Positions 18,169 to 25,892 of a DNA stretch of 37,262 nucleotides are shown piece after piece. Below the pieces are notes generated by a model. That model saw only the letters and a program-made list of their open reading frames with translations, was not told the DNA's origin and searched no databases. The translations under genes and the position numbers were made by a program. Positions within the stretch are counted from its first letter, which is position 1, and each line of letters begins with the position of its first letter. The DNA comes from a virus. Taxonomy: Duplodnaviria > Caudoviricetes. Location of the stretch: positions 1-37,262 of the IMG/VR virus record IMGVR_UViG_3300025012_000202, one strand, 5' to 3'.

Positions 18169-18732
18169 TTAAATCCATTGTTTATTATGAATAATATAAT
18201 TCACAGTTTGTTTACTTTTATTATATTTTATAGCTAATTCTACTTGTGTATAATTCCCTGTAGCATACAACTCTCTAATTTCATTAGCTATTTCTAATGT
18301 TATTGTGTTAGTTTTATTTCTTGAACTTTCCGTCTTTGTTAAAAATCTACAATTAGAAGGTTCATAATTTTCATCAGGATTGACCCTATCAATAAATAAA
18401 CCTTCTTTATACTCATTATTTAATGCCCAATCTCTGAAAGCAATATAATCATTTGCCCATTCTGGGCATATTGTTATTCCTCTTCCGCCATAATTTCCAT
18501 AAAATTTACTATTTGGATTCAAAATTCTTTGCTTCATCCCAGCCCAAACTTTATATAGTTTTGTGCCCTCTCCCCCATGTTTAATCCAATGACAACCACA
18601 TGATTTATCTCTCAAGCCATGCCATAGCCTCTTTTCTACCTCTTTAAAACAAAAAGGACACTTAAATATAGCATATCTAATTTTATTACCTTTTTTATTG
18701 ATTCTAAATTGTACCTCTTTAATTAATTCCAT
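18169..18732 (-). CDS. HNH-like homing endonuclease with N-terminal Cys domain and C-terminal HTH
   Basis: CPFC..SCGC; MKQR, YGGRGITICPEW, IDRVN...YEPSNCRF. Confidence 0.85.
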   Translation of the reverse strand: MELIKEVQFRINKKGNKIRYAIFKCPFCFKEVEKRLWHGLRDKSCGCHWIKHGGEGTKLYKVWAGMKQRILNPNSKFYGNYGGRGITICPEWANDYIAFRDWALNNEYKEGLFIDRVNPDENYEPSNCRFLTKTESSRNKTNTITLEIANEIRELYATGNYTQVELAIKYNKSKQTVNYIIHNKQWI

Positions 18733-19678
18733 ATTTTTCTAATATCCTTTTAATTTCTTCTTTATTTAAGTCCCCTGGGTCTTTACCAGATGGAAGCTTA
18801 ATTACCTTTGTTTTCCCAAAAGCAGATAAATAATTTGCCAAATCTTGTGCTTTTTTACTTGTGCTGGTTATATGTGTATCAGCATCAAACATAACAAAGT
18901 AATTTTTTGCCTTCATACTTATTAAAAGATTCCTCTGTGTTTGTGACACTTCAGTACCTAATACAGCCACAACCCCTGAAAAAACCGATTTTACTTTAAG
19001 ACAATCAAAAACACCTTCTGTTATAATCACATTTTGTTGCCCTTGTTTTATACTATCTATATTGTATAGTGTATTTTTAATTGGTAAAATTGCTTCATTG
19101 TTTGGACAATTCTTATACCTTTGTGAACATTGTTTATCCCAACTCCTACTTAAAAAGCATACCACCTTTTCTTTAAAATAACAAGGAATAATTATTGAGT
19201 TCTTATATTTCCCATAGACACAATAATGTAAATTTGCTTGCTCAACATCAATCCAAGTTAAGCCATACTTTTGTCTTAAAAACATAAAAGCAGTTTCTTG
19301 CCATAAATCTGTCTTATCCTTTCTAAATCTATAAGTATGCTCAGGTAATTTAAAATCTTTATTTGCTATAATTATAGGCTCTTCTACTACCTTATTTCTT
19401 TCCTCTAACACTTGCCTTAACTCCGATGTGGGTCTTATTATCTCCTTAGCTTCAATAAAGGATACATTCTTGATTTTGGCTACAATTTTAACTATATTGC
19501 CTTTTTCAGAGCATTTCCAACAATTGAACAGACCTTTACTTGGGTTTATTCCACAATGAAATTTTGCTTCTCCACAAAAAGGGCAACAAATGGAATATTC
19601 TCCTTTGGAGACATTTTTTCCACTTGTTCTATATCCTATATTATTATTGATAAGAAATTGTTCTATGTTAAATGCCAT
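18719..19678 (-). CDS. dnaG: DNA primase (Zn finger plus TOPRIM)
   Basis: CPFC..H...CWKC; ITEGVFD, LGT, FDAD, KDPGD; GGAG SD before ATG 19678. Confidence 0.92.
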   Translation of the reverse strand: MAFNIEQFLINNNIGYRTSGKNVSKGEYSICCPFCGEAKFHCGINPSKGLFNCWKCSEKGNIVKIVAKIKNVSFIEAKEIIRPTSELRQVLEERNKVVEEPIIIANKDFKLPEHTYRFRKDKTDLWQETAFMFLRQKYGLTWIDVEQANLHYCVYGKYKNSIIIPCYFKEKVVCFLSRSWDKQCSQRYKNCPNNEAILPIKNTLYNIDSIKQGQQNVIITEGVFDCLKVKSVFSGVVAVLGTEVSQTQRNLLISMKAKNYFVMFDADTHITSTSKKAQDLANYLSAFGKTKVIKLPSGKDPGDLNKEEIKRILEKYGIN

Positions 19679-19680
19679 CT

Positions 19681-21003
19681 CTACTCCATAATTTCTGAAA
19701 ATGTGCAAAAGTTGCCCATGTCAAAATTAGTATGAATTTTAACTTGCCCCCACTTCTTAGAACTTCTTGACCTCATTATAAATAATCTCATTTGATTTAA
19801 AAGCATTTCCTCATTTGTTTGATTTATACTAATCGCCAAATCGCATACGTTGAGTATATCTATACTTCCTCTAATATCTTTACTTTGAATTAATTTATTT
19901 CCTATTGCAGCCCGTTGGCTATGTGTAGAGGTAACTACTGATATACCACGTTCCATAGCAATCCTTCTAAGTTCATGAGAAAGTTGTTCTAATGCTTGCC
20001 AATCGTTCCCTTGCTTATTTTCAGCATATTTTAAACCTTGCAACCCATCTATAGATAGCACATCTGGGTATTTACCCAGCATCAATTCCATATCATTTAG
20101 GAGTCTTTCAAGTTTAGAAATAGTCAAAGTCTTATCTGGATATTCTACGATATATAATTTTCCTCCAAAACTTTTCATTGTTTTAAGAGAATTCTTTATT
20201 TTATTCACATTGCCTAAATGGTCTGGTTTGAATTTAATCTTTTCATTCCCTGACCAAATTTCTAATTCCTCTTTTGGTTTATCACAAACCCCTGCAAATC
20301 GCATAAAATATCTTTGCTTAACTTGTTGTCTGCTCATTTCTGTTGTTATATGTAGAATTGTTTTCCCATATAGTAAAGCTTTACTTCCTAAAAATATCAT
20401 CATCCATGATTTCCCCACGTTCAAAGGAGCCACTACCACAGTAAGTTCCTTATATTTCAATCCTCCTATAATAGCATCCAAAGCTTTTATACCTGTTGGA
20501 CAACATACCTCACCTTCATATTCATTATTATAAAAGTCTTTTAAATCTTCTTCCAATACATCTGTAATATTACTATAGCTAAATTTATTCCGTATAACCT
20601 TACCTATTCTGTTCTCTATACTATCTATATCATCATTATCCAAATCCTCAACACATTTTATAAGTGCTTTCTCCCATTCTCTCTTCTGAATAAATAGGTC
20701 TAATTTTTCCTGTATGTAAGATTTTATATAAGTTGATGAGAAAATTTTATTAAGATATACAGCTACAATTACTTGCTCATTTTCTGGGAATTCTTGAAGA
20801 ATAACAGTATCCGCATTCCCATTAATAATAGCACCATGTTTATCAAAGAAGTTAAAAATAATTTTGCATATTTGTTGTTGTAAAGTTGATTGAAATATAG
20901 TAGGGTCAAGTTTAGTTTTGCAAATAGATAGAAATTTGGGATCAGTCAACAAATAATATATTATGCCATCCTGAACATTCTCAGATAAAAGCTTTTCAGT
21001 CAT
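19681..21003 (-). CDS. dnaB: DnaB-like replicative helicase
   Basis: CPTGIKALD..IGG, Walker A APLNVGKS, ITTEMS, SIDGL, H.QR, RSRS. Confidence 0.92.
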   Translation of the reverse strand: MTEKLLSENVQDGIIYYLLTDPKFLSICKTKLDPTIFQSTLQQQICKIIFNFFDKHGAIINGNADTVILQEFPENEQVIVAVYLNKIFSSTYIKSYIQEKLDLFIQKREWEKALIKCVEDLDNDDIDSIENRIGKVIRNKFSYSNITDVLEEDLKDFYNNEYEGEVCCPTGIKALDAIIGGLKYKELTVVVAPLNVGKSWMMIFLGSKALLYGKTILHITTEMSRQQVKQRYFMRFAGVCDKPKEELEIWSGNEKIKFKPDHLGNVNKIKNSLKTMKSFGGKLYIVEYPDKTLTISKLERLLNDMELMLGKYPDVLSIDGLQGLKYAENKQGNDWQALEQLSHELRRIAMERGISVVTSTHSQRAAIGNKLIQSKDIRGSIDILNVCDLAISINQTNEEMLLNQMRLFIMRSRSSKKWGQVKIHTNFDMGNFCTFSEIME

Positions 21004-21764
21004 ATAGAAATCCCATTGTAGAATAGATCTCTTTCCTCATTTAACATTTTATCCCGCTCCTCAATTAGTCTTTCCTTATCCATATCAGAAACATCTTTTG
21101 GGTAAAACATCAATATCTCCTTGCCCTCAGTTTCTAACCATTTAGTAAAGAAGTCTATCGCATATTTGGATATAAAGAAATTCAAATTATAATCCTTCTT
21201 TCTCATATGGTCAAACAATACTAAAAAATATATCTCTGAGAATCTTGGTAATGAAAATTCCTTTACCCACAAAGGTTTTAAAAATATGTATATTTGCGTA
21301 AAAACTTCTTCATCATGCTCAGTGATTATTCCATTATATTTTGTTCCTGTGTCATTTAAATATGCAAGTTTATAACCTTCTATTATAAGGCATATGTTTG
21401 AGTTTTCTTTATTTTTTAGTAGTAACGCTATTTTAGCAAAATTGGTGTAAAATACTCCAATGCTCCAAGCACCTTTCAATGCTAAATTATCTTTACTTGT
21501 AAAGTATTTTTCACATGCTTTTATTAGAAATTCCAATTTATCAGAATAACCAAAAATGCTAATATCATCATATGTCTTTAAAATAGAATTAATAAGTTTC
21601 ATATCCTTACCCCAAGAAATTTTGGGGGGAATTCCAAACAGTATTTCATACCTTTTCTGATAATAAATAATGAATTCTTTACTAATAGCAGAATTTGGAT
21701 TTCCTTTTTTAGATATTTTTATATCTATAGGAGTATGCTCAAATAAGTCTGTTTTATTTTTCAT
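21000..21764 (-). CDS. Hypothetical protein, possible helicase loader or replication protein
   Basis: Coupled (ATGA) to the helicase; appears to have two related halves. Confidence 0.55.
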   Translation of the reverse strand: MKNKTDLFEHTPIDIKISKKGNPNSAISKEFIIYYQKRYEILFGIPPKISWGKDMKLINSILKTYDDISIFGYSDKLEFLIKACEKYFTSKDNLALKGAWSIGVFYTNFAKIALLLKNKENSNICLIIEGYKLAYLNDTGTKYNGIITEHDEEVFTQIYIFLKPLWVKEFSLPRFSEIYFLVLFDHMRKKDYNLNFFISKYAIDFFTKWLETEGKEILMFYPKDVSDMDKERLIEERDKMLNEERDLFYNGISI

Positions 21765-21774
21765 ATAGTAAATT

Positions 21775-22638
21775 TTATTTTTCTAATAATTGTCTAAAGT
21801 CTGCAATACTCAATTTGTTAAGTCCGTATAATTGGAAAATTTCTATCCATGCAGATTTATTAAAATTACTAATAGACATCTTCATATCTATTTTATCAGC
21901 TTCAAACGGTATCCGTATAAGTTCAACATTCATCTCAAGATCAACTTCTTTACCATAAGTATTTAACCAATGACTCCAACAACGCCCCTGCTGTATTAGT
22001 TTCACAGCTTTTTTTATTCCTACACCATTAATGCCTATAATATTGTCTCCTCGGTCTCCTGCTAAGGCTTTTACATAGACATATTTTTCAGGAATTATAC
22101 CAAACTCTTTTTTAAAATCCAAGTATGTATAAAATTCTTTTCTATGTGGTAAATATTGAGTAACTCTATTACCCAATAATTGATACATATCATTATCTGA
22201 ACTAACTATGACAAAATTATTATCAATAGTAGATTCGTTCACAAAATGGGCTATTAAATCGTCTGCTTCAAAACCTGATTGCTCAATACAAGCCCAATCA
22301 CCTAAAAGTTTTAAACTGTCTTTTAATTGGTCTAAAAGTGTGTAATGGTTAGTTTTATCTCTTTCATCAGTAAGTGTTTTTGGTTTTCGATTCCCTTTAT
22401 ACTGAGGATATAACTTCTTCCTATTATTAAGTCTTGAATCCCAAATTATACAAATATTACCAATATCACCATATTTTTGTTTGATTTTATTACAAGTGGA
22501 TTGCACTCCTGCTAAAAAGGAGTGCATGAAAAGATTTACTTGGTGGTCACTTTTGAATTGATCTCCGTATCCCAACATAGATGTTAGGATCCGTATTGCA
22601 CAGTTATTTCCATCAAAAAGTACATTTATGGGCATCAA
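21775..22638 (-). CDS. 5'-3' exonuclease / T4 RNase H-like FEN
   Basis: LFDGNN, WD, YKGNR, FEADDLIA, SSDNDMYQL, ALAGDRGDNI.GI.GVGIKKA. Confidence 0.95.
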   Translation of the reverse strand: MMPINVLFDGNNCAIRILTSMLGYGDQFKSDHQVNLFMHSFLAGVQSTCNKIKQKYGDIGNICIIWDSRLNNRKKLYPQYKGNRKPKTLTDERDKTNHYTLLDQLKDSLKLLGDWACIEQSGFEADDLIAHFVNESTIDNNFVIVSSDNDMYQLLGNRVTQYLPHRKEFYTYLDFKKEFGIIPEKYVYVKALAGDRGDNIIGINGVGIKKAVKLIQQGRCWSHWLNTYGKEVDLEMNVELIRIPFEADKIDMKMSISNFNKSAWIEIFQLYGLNKLSIADFRQLLEK

Positions 22639-22650
22639 AAGCCTCTTTAT

Positions 22651-22833
22651 TTATTCAGTATCGTAGGAACCTTGTCTGATTCTTTTACGATGCTCTCGTC
22701 TCAATCTTCTACTGGACACTTTCTTGTCCGGTTCCATTACCCCTTCTTGTTTTTCATTCAAGATAGAAATGTATGGGTTCCTCTTAATTATCATTTTTTT
22801 CTTTGGTATTTTACGTTCAAAACTTATAGACAC
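22651..22833 (-). CDS. Small basic hypothetical protein
   Basis: GTG start after promoter and AGGA; Arg/Lys-rich. Confidence 0.5.
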   Translation of the reverse strand: MSISFERKIPKKKMIIKRNPYISILNEKQEGVMEPDKKVSSRRLRREHRKRIRQGSYDTE

Positions 22834-22855
22834 TGTACTTCTTTCCTATTATCTA

Positions 22856-22883
22856 ATTATAGCAGATTTTATATAGAACACAA
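22856..22883 (-). promoter_or_regulatory. Promoter at the head of the replication module
   Basis: TTGTGT-N16-TATAAT with TG extension. Confidence 0.55.
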
Positions 22884-23015
22884 CTAATTTTTTACTGTTT
22901 GTAATGATTTTTGGACTAATTCAGGTTCATTTTCTATATGGGAACATTTACAGCAAAAAAATTTCCCATCATTTCTCATCTTGCAATAGCAGTGACCTGA
23001 TACGCACTTTTTCAC
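22884..23015 (-). CDS. Small Cys-rich protein, 43 aa (not in ORF track)
   Basis: GTGA overlap with holin stop; C..GHCYC....FCCKC. Confidence 0.45.
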   Translation of the reverse strand: MKKCVSGHCYCKMRNDGKFFCCKCSHIENEPELVQKSLQTVKN

Positions 23016-23431
23016 TTGTTTTTAGCCCTCATTACCTTCTCATAGCCTCGTGTACCAGCACTAACGCCTAGAACAACCAACATAGCTGACCAAATACCAT
23101 CTGGAATTATTATTGGTTGTAAACCATAAGAAGCTAAATAAGGCATAAATATGAAGTTGTTTGCTATTAAAGCCACGAAGCAAAATCCAACTAAGGGCCT
23201 CCAACTGAAAACAATCCAATGCTCACTCTTAGCTTCTTCTCTCATCGTGGAGTTGACTGTTTCCATTTCCTCTTGAAGAATCTTTTGTTCTTGAATAAGG
23301 AGTTCAGTTGCTTTCAATTTGAATTCCTCTTTCTCTTTGTCAGAAAGGGAAGGGGGTAGATATTTATCTGCTAATTTAGAAACCACTTTACCTAAAGTAT
23401 TGCTTATAAGGTCGCCTATGATCGGGGTCAT
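23012..23431 (-). CDS. Holin-like protein (GTA-type 3TM holin family)
   Basis: M.EEAKS..W...SWRPLVG, two TM segments, LG...TRGYEK. Confidence 0.8.
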   Translation of the reverse strand: MTPIIGDLISNTLGKVVSKLADKYLPPSLSDKEKEEFKLKATELLIQEQKILQEEMETVNSTMREEAKSEHWIVFSWRPLVGFCFVALIANNFIFMPYLASYGLQPIIIPDGIWSAMLVVLGVSAGTRGYEKVMRAKNK

Positions 23432-23442
23432 ATATCACTCCT

Positions 23443-23721
23443 TTAAAAAATTTTTGCTACTACTGCACCAATAAACCCTGCTATAGCCAATTCAATAACT
23501 TTCCATAATCTTTTATCCCCTCTATCTTTCATCTTTTTTACATCCCCTGAACACTCATCAACATCTTTTTTTATATTTGTAATTTCTGTCTCTTGGCGTG
23601 CTTGATTCTGCATAATTTCAAGTATCTGTTGCTGACCATCTTTGAGTTCCTTAATATCTGATTTTACGGGTGAAAGGTGAGCCTCAAAGAGTGCTTTAAG
23701 TGTCTCAAGATCCATAATCAC
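23443..23721 (-). CDS. Coiled-coil protein with C-terminal TM (holin/XhlA-like)
   Basis: Soluble coiled coil plus terminal hydrophobic helix, directly upstream of the holin. Confidence 0.6.
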   Translation of the reverse strand: MIMDLETLKALFEAHLSPVKSDIKELKDGQQQILEIMQNQARQETEITNIKKDVDECSGDVKKMKDRGDKRLWKVIELAIAGFIGAVVAKIF

Positions 23722-23732
23722 ACAATCCTTCC

Positions 23733-23957
23733 TTAGAAACTATCCAAGATTTGTTTGTACTTATCCCAACCTAACTTAACCAACTCTTCATCAGTCTTAT
23801 CTTTCATAAGCATTGTCTTATCTACAGTTATTGTTAAATATCCACTTAAATTACCTTTGCTGTCCTTTGTTCTTTCCAATAATACTTCACCTTCAAGGCT
23901 GATGGGTACATCTTTAAATTCTTCTAATGTTATATCTATTATGTTTGCATTACTCAT
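23733..23957 (-). CDS. Hypothetical protein, possible fibre-associated chaperone
   Basis: AAGGAG SD; follows the tail genes. Confidence 0.6.
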   Translation of the reverse strand: MSNANIIDITLEEFKDVPISLEGEVLLERTKDSKGNLSGYLTITVDKTMLMKDKTDEELVKLGWDKYKQILDSF

Positions 23958-23966
23958 TTATTCTCC

Positions 23967-24410
23967 TTAATATTTTTGGTAATAAAGTGCTCTAGTATAA
24001 GCACTCAGGTTTGAAAATCTCATATTAGACCCATCACAAAAGAAAATGCCTTGGGGGGAGATTGGTAGTTCATTAGCACCAGCCTCATCATACCCATACC
24101 AAACACCTGATATATAAATTTCAAAAACGATTCTATTAGCATCAATAGATGAACTGTAAGGTATTACTATTTGGTAAACCCCAGCAGTGGGTGTCCAAAT
24201 ACCTAAACTAGCTATTGATTGTGTAGAATCCGTATGATTATTAGCTATTGCAACCCAATCATGAGTGCCATCAGGGGTTGCTATATTCCAATTATGTTCC
24301 ACATCAAAGGAATCAGCTAAATGTTCACAATTTGCACCCAACTGATTAGCATTAATGTAGGTGAAAAATTGATCAAGAACGAATTGTGTACTATAATCCT
24401 GGTAGCTCAT
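23967..24410 (-). CDS. Putative minor tail or fibre-related protein
   Basis: AGGAGG SD; EH....DGTH motif resembling DH..DGSH in the fibre N-terminus. Confidence 0.55.
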   Translation of the reverse strand: MSYQDYSTQFVLDQFFTYINANQLGANCEHLADSFDVEHNWNIATPDGTHDWVAIANNHTDSTQSIASLGIWTPTAGVYQIVIPYSSSIDANRIVFEIYISGVWYGYDEAGANELPISPQGIFFCDGSNMRFSNLSAYTRALYYQKY

Positions 24411-24432
24411 GGTATGAAAACCTCCTCTATAT

Positions 24433-24441
24433 ATTATACCA
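24433..24441 (-). promoter_or_regulatory. Extended -10 promoter (TGgTATAAT)
   Basis: Directly downstream of the HNH gene and upstream of AGGAGG. Confidence 0.5.
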
Positions 24442-24467
24442 CAATATCAAATAAAAAATAACTAAAT

Positions 24468-25112
24468 TTACAGGGAACACTCTACAATCCTATTTATCAT
24501 TATATTTTGGTAAAATTCTGTCCAATATTTTCTGTTGTTCTTACCATTTGTTTTCATATGGCAAGAAGTTCCCAAAATAATTAGATTTTTGGGGTCATTA
24601 TTCTTTTTATTGTAATCTATATGATGAACATGGAGGCTACCATGTATTTCTGTGCAATTTGGGAATTGACACATATAATTATCTCTTTTTAAGATTTGTT
24701 GCTTTAACTCCTTATTGAATTCAATTCCATAAGGTTCAAAACTTGAACCATTATTCCAATTCCCCGTTTCTTCTCCTCTTTTACCATACATGGGATTATT
24801 TTCACCTTTTACTTTGTAGCCTTTACCATACATGGGATTATTTTTTCCTTTAGATAGCCCTTTTTCTTTTCTTGTTTTAGACTGTTTTACTTTTGCTTCC
24901 TCTGTTCTTTTTTTACCTTTTGCCCAAGATTCTTTATTTTTGTTGGCTTTTGATAACAATTTATCACGATAGCATCCACAAGATTGGTCTCTCTTACCCG
25001 CACTTATTTGCTTTTCAACTAGTTGTAAACAGAAAGGGCATAAAAATAACCCCCATCTAATTCTATTCCCACTTTTTGTTACTGTTGTTTTTGTTTTTCT
25101 AATAAATTTCAT
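24468..25112 (-). CDS. HNH homing endonuclease with N-terminal Cys domain and NUMOD3-like repeats
   Basis: CPFC..SCGC; NNPMYGK twice; RDNYMCQ..LHVHHIDYNKKNN..NL. Confidence 0.9.
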   Translation of the reverse strand: MKFIRKTKTTVTKSGNRIRWGLFLCPFCLQLVEKQISAGKRDQSCGCYRDKLLSKANKNKESWAKGKKRTEEAKVKQSKTRKEKGLSKGKNNPMYGKGYKVKGENNPMYGKRGEETGNWNNGSSFEPYGIEFNKELKQQILKRDNYMCQFPNCTEIHGSLHVHHIDYNKKNNDPKNLIILGTSCHMKTNGKNNRKYWTEFYQNIMINRIVECSL

Positions 25113-25117
25113 AACTA

Positions 25118-25146
25118 ATTATATCAAATTTCTTCAGTTAATTCAA
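25118..25146 (-). promoter_or_regulatory. Sigma70-type promoter, probably leaderless
   Basis: TTGAAT-N17-TATAAT with TG extension, 5 nt before ATG 25112. Confidence 0.6.
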
Positions 25147-25870
25147 TAGTCAGATCAAAAGTATTTTTTGTGATTTCTTCTGATAAAAACCCCTTGTCAG
25201 CAAATCTCACATATTTTATATTATTTGCATTATCATCTAAATTAAGATTCATAAAGAATGGGGTAGTATTCTTCCCACAATACCTGTACATTTTATATAA
25301 ATTATTCTCAGTTATATCATTTACACCATCAAAGTTAAAAGTGAAGTTTTCCCTCTGGTAGTTATGATAAACCCACCGTTGTCCTTTTTCCGAAGTTAGC
25401 TCCACTGTATCCTCTTCCACATTATTTTCCAGTGGATAACTTGGCATTTGGTCAATTATTAGTCTTTTACCTAAAAATAATTCATTACATTGATGCTTTG
25501 AAATAGCTGTATTACCATATAAATCCGCACGCCAATACCTAAATCCATTATTACCAAAATATTTATAACTAGTTCCAAATCCGTCAAGAGGGATTCCGAA
25601 TGCTTGATCTGTTACAGTTGATAAAGTTCCTGCACGTAAAACTAATGTACCTGATGCTGTTAGGTTTGTTATACAGCAAATTGAATCAGCATAAACCGCT
25701 GTCCCAAAATCAAATAAAATAGTAGTAGTCCCATATCCTGATGTCCCTCTATAAGCAGAATTGAGATCCTCATCATAGATATATGAAGTTCCAAATTGCA
25801 GAACCGAAGCATTCTCTGTAATGGAAATCACACTGTCTAAAAGATTTTTATAAAGAAATGTTATGCTCAT
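25124..25870 (-). CDS. Distal-tail-like structural protein (paralog of 29908-30666)
   Basis: Shared YKNL, ILFD.G..VY.DS, RYW, E.F.GKR, YP, SEKGQ, P....LD motifs; tail-module position. Confidence 0.65.
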   Translation of the reverse strand: MSITFLYKNLLDSVISITENASVLQFGTSYIYDEDLNSAYRGTSGYGTTTILFDFGTAVYADSICCITNLTASGTLVLRAGTLSTVTDQAFGIPLDGFGTSYKYFGNNGFRYWRADLYGNTAISKHQCNELFLGKRLIIDQMPSYPLENNVEEDTVELTSEKGQRWVYHNYQRENFTFNFDGVNDITENNLYKMYRYCGKNTTPFFMNLNLDDNANNIKYVRFADKGFLSEEITKNTFDLTIELTEEI

Positions 25871-25892
25871 AACCCCTTGATTTTATTTGTAT

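Noticed and set aside
14717-21003. Inteins or group I introns in polymerase, primase or helicase
   Set aside because: ORFs are continuous and of expected size; the HNH genes lie between intact genes.
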